29,183 bases of DNA from positions 1 through 29,183 of IMG/VR virus record IMGVR_UViG_3300034025_000019; one strand, given 5' to 3'. The notes beneath the pieces were generated by a model. It made no database searches. It saw only the letters and a list, made by a program, of their open reading frames with translations, and was not told the origin of the DNA. The DNA comes from a virus. Lineage: Duplodnaviria > Caudoviricetes. Position numbers and translations under genes: made by a program. Shown here piece by piece: positions 1-8,164 of the stretch. Each line of letters opens with the position of its first letter. Position 1 is the first letter of the stretch.

Positions 1-8
1 GCTGAAGC

Positions 9-257
9 TTACTTCAGGTTTAGAGCAACCCATTGATCATGGGTCGATTGAACCCCTTTCGCAATATCCGCAAACAACACTTCCAACTGACCCGACGTAA
101 GCAAGCTGGCGTCACGCAACTTGGTGGCCGCTGCCATCAGTTCGAGAATGACGGGTGCCATGGCGGCAACGTTCGGATTTTGTATTGCTGCGGCGGCGAT
201 CAGTGCCGGCAACATTTGTTCGCCAACGGCGATGGCGGTTTGGCTTGCGGTGCTCAT
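9..257 (-). CDS. Hypothetical Ala-rich helical protein, last gene of the lysis cassette
   Basis: 82-aa ORF; ATGA overlap with the upstream lipoprotein gene; no family recognised. Confidence 0.7.
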   Translation of the reverse strand: MSTASQTAIAVGEQMLPALIAAAAIQNPNVAAMAPVILELMAAATKLRDASLLTSGQLEVLFADIAKGVQSTHDQWVALNLK

Positions 258-565
258 GGCTTGCTCACGCGGTTGATTGCTTCGATCAGCGCCAGGGAAG
301 TCACTGCGGCCGTAATTTGAACGGTTGCGGCTTCAGGGTTGACGGGCAGTGGTCCTGTGCAAATCGGGGTGATCTGCGAATCAATCAGCGTCACCTGATC
401 GATCTGCGCCGGGGTCAGCTTGTTGGCAATGCGCAGGTTCAGCGCAGTATTGAACGCCACGCCATAGCCCGCGCACGCCTGCACGTAGCTAACCTGGGTC
501 GATTGAGTGTTGGCACAACCCGCAAGGGCAGCGACACAACAAAGTGCGAGCATCAGCTTTTTCAT
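254..565 (-). CDS. Lipoprotein, spanin candidate
   Basis: MKK plus hydrophobic stretch plus lipobox LAGC; two further Cys; lies downstream of endolysin and holin candidates. Confidence 0.7.
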   Translation of the reverse strand: MKKLMLALCCVAALAGCANTQSTQVSYVQACAGYGVAFNTALNLRIANKLTPAQIDQVTLIDSQITPICTGPLPVNPEAATVQITAAVTSLALIEAINRVSKP

Positions 566-804
566 TTTAAAACGTCCTTTGGAATAACAACGGTGGTTTG
601 GGGTGGTGCGGGGGTGCCTGGGGGTTGCATATCGCGCACGGCAAGCCCAATCGTGCCGACAGCCATTGCAATATTAAAGCGCAGGAAGTCGGCACGCTGG
701 GCGGGGTCGTAGTAGGCGAACAGCCCCCACACGCCGTAGCCAGTCAGGCCAATGACAACCTTTGCAGCAGTGCGAAGCTTCATGATGTGACGGCGCCTTT
801 CCAT
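562..804 (-). CDS. Putative holin (two hydrophobic segments)
   Basis: Segments VVIGLTGYGVWGLFAYY and FNIAMAVGTIGLAV; immediately follows the endolysin; start moved to ATG 804 (alternative ATG 783). Confidence 0.55.
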   Translation of the reverse strand: MERRRHIMKLRTAAKVVIGLTGYGVWGLFAYYDPAQRADFLRFNIAMAVGTIGLAVRDMQPPGTPAPPQTTVVIPKDVLK

Positions 805-806
805 GA

Positions 807-1301
807 TCAAGGGGTCTTTACGGTCAGGTCGGCGCGCGCCCAGTTGTCCGGCCACGTATCGGGCTTTGGCTTACCTGGGCGCCACGCCTTCAGGTATTGT
901 TCCCAGCCGGTCGCCGCGCTCGTTGGTAGGGGGTTGGGCAGCACGTAGAACAGCAGGCGGGCGGCGATTGCGGCCACCGTGTCGTTATAGCGCATGGCAT
1001 CCCACAATCCTTGTTCGGTAGATTCCACGTTGTACGCATCGCACACCTTGCGCATGATCGGAGCGGCTACAGGATGCGTCAGAACGCCGCGTACGCCCCC
1101 GCCTTTCTCGAACTGCCAGAAGGACACGGCGGGGCCATCTTCAAGCCCGCTTGCCCCCACCTGACGCCGCCGCGAGATGCGCGACTCTTGCAGGGCGATA
1201 GCCAGGGACATGACGCGAGCTTGCACCGTGTCCGCAATGCCGAACGCGGTAAGCTCGGCATGCGCTGCCGCGATGATGCCTAGTAATCGATTGGGGGTCA
1301 T
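807..1301 (-). CDS. Putative endolysin, lysozyme-like / lytic transglycosylase-like fold
   Basis: AIALQES (candidate catalytic Glu), GPA.SFWQFE.GGG and WRPGKP motifs recalled from a phage endolysin family; lysis-cassette position; start at MTPNRLL just after the upstream stop. Confidence 0.7.
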   Translation of the reverse strand: MTPNRLLGIIAAAHAELTAFGIADTVQARVMSLAIALQESRISRRRQVGASGLEDGPAVSFWQFEKGGGVRGVLTHPVAAPIMRKVCDAYNVESTEQGLWDAMRYNDTVAAIAARLLFYVLPNPLPTSAATGWEQYLKAWRPGKPKPDTWPDNWARADLTVKTP

Positions 1302-1302
1302 A

Positions 1303-1545
1303 TTAAGCCCGTGGTAAGTGTTGAATAAGCCATGCGATGCCGCCGCCGATTGAACCTGCGGCACCGCCCATTAACAACAGTGTGCGCCAGCTTCCGCGCG
1401 CCTCGGACATTGTTGACAGTACCGCGTCAATTTTTGCCTCTTGACGCGCGTTCGCTTCCTCGGAACGAGTCAGCGCGTTCTTGATGTGACTCAGTTCGTT
1501 TTCCAGTACCGCGAGTCTTACGGCGTCTTCTTGAGCAAATGACAT
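1303..1545 (-). CDS. Small coiled-coil protein with C-terminal TM helix (XhlA/holin-like lysis accessory)
   Basis: RLAVLENEL coiled coil followed by LLLMGGAAGSIGGGIAWLI; GAGG RBS upstream; precedes the endolysin. Confidence 0.6.
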   Translation of the reverse strand: MSFAQEDAVRLAVLENELSHIKNALTRSEEANARQEAKIDAVLSTMSEARGSWRTLLLMGGAAGSIGGGIAWLIQHLPRA

Positions 1546-1554
1546 AGATACCTC

Positions 1555-3339
1555 TTACGCAATGCTTGGGATAATTTGCGTGGTTGGGTCGTTCGCCGCG
1601 CAATCGGAATCAAACGCCCAACTCAAAATCGAGCCAGCAATGTTTGAAAAGCCCGTGAATTCAGCTTGTAGTGTAAGCGATTGCGGCGAAGCTGCACCCT
1701 TCTTCGTCACGCTAACCGTTGTGGTCAGCAGGGCATCGGCGGAAACCTCCGGCTGGATCTGTACGTCGAGCGCCAAGCCCCCCACGGTCCATACGCTCAC
1801 CAAATACTTACGGGACGTGCGAACAAAGCCGGTGCCACCCGTACTGATAGCTGCAAAGTTAAGCGTTAGCGTACCGCTCAAAATGGCAATGGTGGACAAG
1901 CTGTTGTCTTGCGGATTGCACGAAAAATTCAACAAATCCTTTTGATTGCTTACAGGGTAGACGGTTGATCCACTGGCAATCCGGTGCGCTGAATATGCGT
2001 CAATGGTTGTAATCTTGGTGGACGGCCCCGCCAATTTACCATCGGTCGGACCACTGATAAAGACCTTTGGCACGCCGCGCATTGGGAGGTAATAATCGTT
2101 CCCGTCCATCTGCACATATTTGCCGTCCGTCAAAATTTGATATTGGACGTTCCCAACTGCGTAGGTGAAATGACACCGGCTGAAACTCACGCCATTGAGT
2201 GAACCAACATCGTTCAACAAATACGTGTGGCCGTTTTCAAAATAGCATCCGTAGAAATTCAGGGCGGCAGAATTGGTTACGTCAATTACAGTACGTCCAT
2301 TAATACCACCACCTTCGAAATTGCAACCGAAGAAGTTATTTACAGAGCTATTGCGGAAATAAACGCTTGCATAGGCGTGATTACCGAATTTGCAGTTGAT
2401 AAAGGTATTGGCGTTGGCGGTGAAAGATTCGCACATAACGCCGAAGTTGCCGCCGCTAAAACGGCAAGAATCGAAAATTGATGTTTGCAGCAAACGGCTT
2501 GTATAAAAACAACGCGCACCGTCACGTGCATAAAAATCGCAGCGGGTCCATTGCATGAACGCGGTTTCGGTCGATACAGTAAGGCCGATACAATCTGCGC
2601 CGCCATAAAAGCCCATATCACTGACGGAGGTATATGTGAGGTCAACGCCGGTTTTCGATGCAATAAGCGGTTCCGTCATTCCGCTTGCACCTTGGATCGT
2701 ACATGCACGCTGAGCCTCGCCAATCAACTTAGCGGAATTTACCAGTTTCAATGCGGCAGATGTCAAATACGTTCCGCCAGGGAAGGTTACGGCACGCGAA
2801 GTAAGCGCAGCTTTATCAAGCGCCTTCTGTACCGCTACCGTCACATCGATACTATGCGTCAGGTTTTTAACATCATTGCGCTGAGCTTGCGTCATATATT
2901 TAAACGCGCTGATCGCATCGCCGTTGGTCGGGTCAATCGCAGACTGTTGCAACCAACCTGTATCACCGCTGTTGGCAGGATCGGTCATATTGTCGTCAAC
3001 AGTATTTACCCAAATGTCACTATCATCCGCAAACGACACGCGGGCACCTTTTGGATAGCCGCCGATGGCTGTAGCCAAAGCCGCATCAAATTTGAACAAA
3101 CCCCCTGCGGACTGCCATTGTTGAATATCAGTAATGGCGTTCAGAATGCCATTGAAGTCCGCGCCTGCTGGGGGGATGCCGCCAACAGCAAGCGGTAGAA
3201 ATGTTTTTGGTGGGAAGCCGTCAGTAAATGACGCAGCACCGTCCGTGATTCCAATTTGCGAATTGACTGGGATTGCTCGTTTCGTGCCCGTATTTGCAAA
3301 CGGAACCAAAATTTTGGTAGGTGCGTCAATCACTTTCAT
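1555..3339 (-). CDS. Tail fibre/tailspike with pectate-lyase-like beta-helix (candidate depolymerase)
   Basis: N-terminal anchor GFPP.T..P...GGIPP.G.DFNGIL...GGYPKGA typical of Bcep781-like fibres; D.T.AVQKALD...FPGGTYL Pectate_lyase_3-type start; repeated N.F..C.F strands. Confidence 0.85.
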   Translation of the reverse strand: MKVIDAPTKILVPFANTGTKRAIPVNSQIGITDGAASFTDGFPPKTFLPLAVGGIPPAGADFNGILNAITDIQQWQSAGGLFKFDAALATAIGGYPKGARVSFADDSDIWVNTVDDNMTDPANSGDTGWLQQSAIDPTNGDAISAFKYMTQAQRNDVKNLTHSIDVTVAVQKALDKAALTSRAVTFPGGTYLTSAALKLVNSAKLIGEAQRACTIQGASGMTEPLIASKTGVDLTYTSVSDMGFYGGADCIGLTVSTETAFMQWTRCDFYARDGARCFYTSRLLQTSIFDSCRFSGGNFGVMCESFTANANTFINCKFGNHAYASVYFRNSSVNNFFGCNFEGGGINGRTVIDVTNSAALNFYGCYFENGHTYLLNDVGSLNGVSFSRCHFTYAVGNVQYQILTDGKYVQMDGNDYYLPMRGVPKVFISGPTDGKLAGPSTKITTIDAYSAHRIASGSTVYPVSNQKDLLNFSCNPQDNSLSTIAILSGTLTLNFAAISTGGTGFVRTSRKYLVSVWTVGGLALDVQIQPEVSADALLTTTVSVTKKGAASPQSLTLQAEFTGFSNIAGSILSWAFDSDCAANDPTTQIIPSIA

Positions 3340-4085
3340 TTTAAACCCCTATTAAATAATAAAAAAACGCCTTCGCCAAATGGCTTGCCGCCCGCTTCCA
3401 AGAAACCAAATGTTTCCGGCGCGACTTGAATTATACTTGACGACACCCCAGCAGGCCGGGGGATGATTCCAGATTGAAGCAGTACAGCGAGCTCAAAAGG
3501 GCGAAGCAAAAATTCAAACACATACGCCATTTTCATTCCGCCCAGGTCACTGACGTAACAGCGGCCACGCCCAGCGAATAGGTTCCGCAATAATTGGTTG
3601 ATGCTCGCGGGGGTACTTAACGAAATGTTTGCAAGCGCTTTCGTTAAAACAAGCAACCTATAAACATCATCGTCAAGCCTATATGTATTTGTGGCAAGAT
3701 CTTCCCCGAAAAATACCGCTTGATCAAACCCCAAAATATCATTAAAGACAATTGGCACTGACATGGACGCAGGGGCAAGAAACGAATACATGCCGCTAGT
3801 CGGTGGCGCAAGATACGCCAATGTTGCAAGCCCACCTTCAGATACTGCGGACGCAAAACCGAAATGGGGAATAATATCTTCAATGGTCAGGTAGCGCGAT
3901 ACATTGACGATCTTTCCCCACACGTCCAACCCAAACCCCTTGGCGGTATCGACGTTCCAAACATATTCGTAGAAGTCTGCGAAATTGGTTGAAGGATCGA
4001 TATGCTCATTCATATTCAACACCAACTGCCGTAAAGTAGGCGAATTGGCGTATTGTGAGATAACCGTGTCGAGTGGATTTAGCAT
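3336..4085 (-). CDS. Baseplate wedge protein (DUF2612 family)
   Basis: TVISQYANSP and DTAKGFGLDVWGKIV motifs, C-terminal PRPAGV; lies between baseplate J and the fibre. Confidence 0.85.
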   Translation of the reverse strand: MLNPLDTVISQYANSPTLRQLVLNMNEHIDPSTNFADFYEYVWNVDTAKGFGLDVWGKIVNVSRYLTIEDIIPHFGFASAVSEGGLATLAYLAPPTSGMYSFLAPASMSVPIVFNDILGFDQAVFFGEDLATNTYRLDDDVYRLLVLTKALANISLSTPASINQLLRNLFAGRGRCYVSDLGGMKMAYVFEFLLRPFELAVLLQSGIIPRPAGVSSSIIQVAPETFGFLEAGGKPFGEGVFLLFNRGLK

Positions 4086-4086
4086 A

Positions 4087-5304
4087 TCAAATCAAGGTCA
4101 CATCAATATCAGCGGCTACCACGGTTGGGGCTTGATCAATCCCCATTACCAGCGAAGGGGCAGTTGTCGTAACCGTGCCGATAAATACCGACAAGATGGA
4201 CACAACGGGAGAAATACGACTGATGGCGCTATAAAAGCGGCTTGCGTAGATCGTAGCGCCAATGCGGGCACGTGCGCCGCCATCGCCGCCATTAAACGCA
4301 TTTACGATGGCGAGCTTTACTAAATTGACGATATCGGCAGGAAGCAGATTGTCCATTGCCAGGGTAACCGCGAATTTAACGGGCGTGGCAATTGGGGTCT
4401 CATACTTGACAATATAAGTTGGTACGGGGTTGCTATAGCCGCTATCATCGGTGACAGTGACCGTTGTATTTCCGTTATAGTCTGCGCCGGCGTCTTTTCG
4501 CAGCCAGATAGCGCGTGCAACATCGGCAGCTAATCCACCGGCGACAGCCACATAAATTGAATGCGGCAAAAGCGTATATGCGGTACTGCCTACCGTGATT
4601 GGGTCGTCGCTCGTATTTTCGGTAACGTAGGCGTCAAAAACCCCGTCAACATTAAACACATTTGCGTAAATTGAGGGTAGCGTCCCCTTGCCGTTGATGG
4701 CGACCGATTGCTTACGACGAAACTCAAATTCGGCGCGACCCTCAACAAGCGCCCCGGTAATACCGCCGTCCGGGTTGGTGGCACGGTCCCACCCCAGGAT
4801 GGCCCGATACGGCGCACCTGAGATAGCCCCCGGTGGGCACGGTGTCGGCCCAGGCACCACGGCAGCAAATGGAAGCGTTACGGTGCCCCCTGGGCCGATT
4901 ACGCCTTGCTGCGTGCATGAATAGATATTTGAGTCTGCGTCACGCACCAGCGCGCCTACGGGGATGACGACGCCCGCCAAACCATTGCACAGAACTTGCA
5001 CCACCGTTGACGCTGCCGGACGACGATTTAAGAAATAAATACGGGCGATGGCATCCTGCATAAAGCCGTCTGTCGTATCGGGGTCGATCAAACCAACGAA
5101 CTTGGCGAACTGGGCGTTTTTGTCCGAAATGATCGCAGCTTCACTGCTGGCAAGCTGCCCTTGCGGTGTGCTCAATGCCGGGTTCAGGTTTCCGCCAAAA
5201 GCGGCGTTCATGTCAGCTTGTACGCCGGCCAAGATTTCGCTATCAGGTGGCAGCGTCAACCCTGTGTCAGTAAAACCAATTTGAGGAACGCTAGATTGTG
5301 CCAT
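4087..5304 (-). CDS. Baseplate J-like protein
   Basis: STPQGQLA, DP....G..QDAI.RIYFL.R and PHSIYVAV.GG motifs; size and synteny. Confidence 0.88.
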   Translation of the reverse strand: MAQSSVPQIGFTDTGLTLPPDSEILAGVQADMNAAFGGNLNPALSTPQGQLASSEAAIISDKNAQFAKFVGLIDPDTTDGFMQDAIARIYFLNRRPAASTVVQVLCNGLAGVVIPVGALVRDADSNIYSCTQQGVIGPGGTVTLPFAAVVPGPTPCPPGAISGAPYRAILGWDRATNPDGGITGALVEGRAEFEFRRKQSVAINGKGTLPSIYANVFNVDGVFDAYVTENTSDDPITVGSTAYTLLPHSIYVAVAGGLAADVARAIWLRKDAGADYNGNTTVTVTDDSGYSNPVPTYIVKYETPIATPVKFAVTLAMDNLLPADIVNLVKLAIVNAFNGGDGGARARIGATIYASRFYSAISRISPVVSILSVFIGTVTTTAPSLVMGIDQAPTVVAADIDVTLI

Positions 5305-5313
5305 GATTAACCT

Positions 5314-5664
5314 TTAAAATGAAACGTTATTGGCCGCGCCCGTGGCATCGATAATTTGTATTTGGCCTGTCAACACGCGGCCGTTCACGCTGGCAAACAA
5401 GCAACGCGCCTGCACAACAGTTGGCACCTTGAGCGCTGCGGCTTCAACTTGAGATTTTACAAATTGAAGGTTGGGTTGTGCCCCCAAAATTTGCCCAAAA
5501 TACGGAATACCTTGTGCTGTGTCATACCAGAGTTCACCCAGGAACAAACGGACAGCGCTTGCAACATCCTGTGCGACTGCATAGGGGGCTTGACCCATCG
5601 CAATATTGCCGCCGATATCAAGTACCAAATCCCACTCGGATTGGTCGAGCAATAGCGTGTTCAT
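5314..5664 (-). CDS. Baseplate wedge / sheath-initiator protein (gp25/gp46-like)
   Basis: WDL.LD..GNIA, AQDVASAVRLFLGELWYDT.QGIPY; lies between spike and J. Confidence 0.8.
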   Translation of the reverse strand: MNTLLLDQSEWDLVLDIGGNIAMGQAPYAVAQDVASAVRLFLGELWYDTAQGIPYFGQILGAQPNLQFVKSQVEAAALKVPTVVQARCLFASVNGRVLTGQIQIIDATGAANNVSF

Positions 5665-6389
5665 ACTGGCACCCCGGATTGCGAGCTACCGGAAGAAACG
5701 CCCCCGTGCTTGTGTGCTATACCCGACTTGCCGCCAAACGTAACGTTGTCAGTACCGACGACAAGCGGCGCGGTAATGGTTCCGCTGGCCGTCGCGTCCC
5801 CGTTGAACTGGGTGTCCCCATTTACAGTGAAAATAGGCGTGGTGATGGTGGTCGATTCGCTCGCGCTGATAGTCACCACGGGGGCGACCAATCGCACTTC
5901 TGTTGGCGAATTGATTTCAATCCCGGCATCAGTGAACATGACGTACTGCGAAGGCACGGCGTTTAGCAGCCCGCCCAGGTAGATACCGTCTGCCATGTCG
6001 GAACGGCGCGCGCTACCGGGGTTGGCAGCATCGCGGCTTGCCTGCACCGATGAAATATCGCGGTCAGCAAATACACACACACCGATGTCGCCTACCTCGG
6101 GATCGAGAATGATCGCATTCGCCCCGCCTTGCATGCGCAGATAGGGGAGGTCATTTACCACGCCATGCGGCACTGCATTGCCTTGTCCGTCAAGCTGATT
6201 TACGAGCGGCTGTACGTCAACCGTACCGGCTAAGGCCAATGCGCCGGGGATCGTCACGGACATGACTTTAACAAGTGCGCAGAAATTACGGCCGTTCAGA
6301 ATCTGACGGATTACAAACACCTGCGCGTTGTATTCGTCAGTGCTGTTGTTCGGCTGTTGGATGCCGTGATAGCCGTCATTATCTGGCAT
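5661..6389 (-). CDS. Central baseplate spike (gpV/Gp138-like)
   Basis: VDVQPLV, P.VGDIG...FADRDIS N-terminal domain; C-terminal HKH metal-binding tip motif; start moved to MPDND (ATG 6389). Confidence 0.85.
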   Translation of the reverse strand: MPDNDGYHGIQQPNNSTDEYNAQVFVIRQILNGRNFCALVKVMSVTIPGALALAGTVDVQPLVNQLDGQGNAVPHGVVNDLPYLRMQGGANAIILDPEVGDIGVCVFADRDISSVQASRDAANPGSARRSDMADGIYLGGLLNAVPSQYVMFTDAGIEINSPTEVRLVAPVVTISASESTTITTPIFTVNGDTQFNGDATASGTITAPLVVGTDNVTFGGKSGIAHKHGGVSSGSSQSGVPV

Positions 6390-7236
6390 TGTAAGTTTCC
6401 GCAGTGGTGAACCAAGGGCCATCCGCCATTTCGCTTGACAGATTATGCGCAACGCTAAACACGTGCCACGTTCCGCACGCCATCGGGATTGCGCTCTTTA
6501 CTTCGATGTCGCCGCCAAGCTTTATGTTTGGGTTGAACATCATTTTAACAGTCATGCCCTTGCTTGATAGGGAAGGGTAGCCCACCATCCCCGTTTCAAA
6601 TGACACAAGCGGCACGGTGCCGGCGCGCGTGCCCGAACTAGGCCAGATAATGAGAGTTTCGTTTTCAATCGCCCACATGATCCCCGCAGCGCGCGCAGCC
6701 GCGCGAATCTTATCTACGGCGGTTCCTGGCAGATAGGGACTTGCGAGCTTGGCGGTAACGCCGTTGTTCTCAAACGCGATGCCCATCTCATTGATGGCAA
6801 TATCATTCATGATCGCGGCAACGTCCGTCACGCCCTTATAGCTCGTTGCTCCAACCGGCTTGATGGCGGCGGCAAGCCCTGAATAGGCGATGATATTAAA
6901 CGCCACGTCAGGCGCCGCGTTATAGTCTGCCCAAGCGTCAAGGATGGTTCCGCTAAATACGGTGGACATGCCCGCGTCCGCATCGCCAGCGGCCAGCAAT
7001 ACAGCGTTCTTCGCTTTAATAGCCGTGTTGACCGAACCAATCGTTGTCAGCTTATTCATGACATCATCGCGCATACCAAACACGCGGATTTGACAGCGCC
7101 CCATCGAATCACCACCAGGATTCACAGCATCGGCTGTCATGCGGAAACCGGTAAGGGTCACGGTGTCGCCTAACTCTTCACCAAACGCGCCGCTACCTAA
7201 CGTAATCGTCAGGGACAAAACTTTCTTGTTGATCAT
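6379..7236 (-). CDS. Baseplate hub protein
   Basis: 285 aa; L.AGD and TGMVGYP motifs; directly upstream of the spike. Confidence 0.78.
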   Translation of the reverse strand: MINKKVLSLTITLGSGAFGEELGDTVTLTGFRMTADAVNPGGDSMGRCQIRVFGMRDDVMNKLTTIGSVNTAIKAKNAVLLAAGDADAGMSTVFSGTILDAWADYNAAPDVAFNIIAYSGLAAAIKPVGATSYKGVTDVAAIMNDIAINEMGIAFENNGVTAKLASPYLPGTAVDKIRAAARAAGIMWAIENETLIIWPSSGTRAGTVPLVSFETGMVGYPSLSSKGMTVKMMFNPNIKLGGDIEVKSAIPMACGTWHVFSVAHNLSSEMADGPWFTTAETYNAR

Positions 7237-7526
7237 GGCAGATACGCCAGCTTGTAGCGCTCTGCAAACCCGCTGTAATCAGGGTCGCTGAAACCTTGCG
7301 TATCGATGAATACAAGCCGCCCAACGAATGCCCGGTATGACTGCCTGATGATTGACACGCGGTCCCGACAAAGTGCGGAATTAACCGCGTTGACACCATT
7401 CACCGTGAGCGAAAGGAACACGCCACCCGCAAACTTTTGGGTGACTTCGATTTCACAACGCTGCCCGCCCAAGGTAATAGATAGCGTTTGCGATGGCGTG
7501 GCGATAAGAGGGATACGTGAGGTCAT
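7233..7526 (-). CDS. Small baseplate protein
   Basis: IPL..TPSQ.L.I.LGGQ.C and FIDTQG.SDP.Y.G...RY.L.Y motifs recalled from related myoviruses; synteny. Confidence 0.72.
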   Translation of the reverse strand: MTSRIPLIATPSQTLSITLGGQRCEIEVTQKFAGGVFLSLTVNGVNAVNSALCRDRVSIIRQSYRAFVGRLVFIDTQGFSDPDYSGFAERYKLAYLP

Positions 7527-8164
7527 GCAATACCCGATGCGTCAAGGGTTGGATCACTGATTAATTGAATTTGCCCCTGCGCCTTTGGGTCAAATGCACC
7601 AATGTCCTTGGGGGTTGCGTATGCAGCTTTGGCGAAGTCTCGAATCTCTCGCCCGGTCAACTGGCACGTGATCATGTACGCCCCATCACGAAGGCTACGC
7701 GACCAGCTAACGCCCGTAAAATTAATATCGTAGTAGGTGTGATCCGGGGTCAACACGGTGAAGCGGTCCAACGACTTGCGCGCCGCTTCAATGGCTGTTT
7801 GAAAGTTCGCGCGGTTCTCTTCACTGCCGCCGCAGTTGAGCGCGACGACGACGCCAAACGGGCTTTCAACTTTGTTGTAAGTGGCGAACGCGCCGCCTTC
7901 AATCGGGTAATCCGACACATGGGAATCATTTTGATAGCCCACAGCGACGACCGAATCATAAGGGGCAATCTTCTTTCCGGTGGAATCAAACACGCCCCAT
8001 TTGACCGGCTCAGCACCGATGATTTCGTTAAGCGCGTCACCGATGCCCAAATATCCGAGGGTGAGCGTGTCGAGCAGTTGGGCACCCGAACGCAGCAATG
8101 CCGGCACGCCCAGCGCTTGCGGCACCAGCGGATAAAGTGATTTTGGAATGATAGGCAAAGGCAT
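7523..8164 (-). CDS. Baseplate / tube-initiator (Dit-like) protein
   Basis: SDYPIE.G.F.TYNKV..P motif; follows the tape measure. Confidence 0.72.
   Translation of the reverse strand: MPLPIIPKSLYPLVPQALGVPALLRSGAQLLDTLTLGYLGIGDALNEIIGAEPVKWGVFDSTGKKIAPYDSVVAVGYQNDSHVSDYPIEGGAFATYNKVESPFGVVVALNCGGSEENRANFQTAIEAARKSLDRFTVLTPDHTYYDINFTGVSWSRSLRDGAYMITCQLTGREIRDFAKAAYATPKDIGAFDPKAQGQIQLISDPTLDASGIA

Noticed and set aside
2485-3198. 237-aa plus-strand ORF
   Set aside because: Antisense to the tailspike, with no protein-like features
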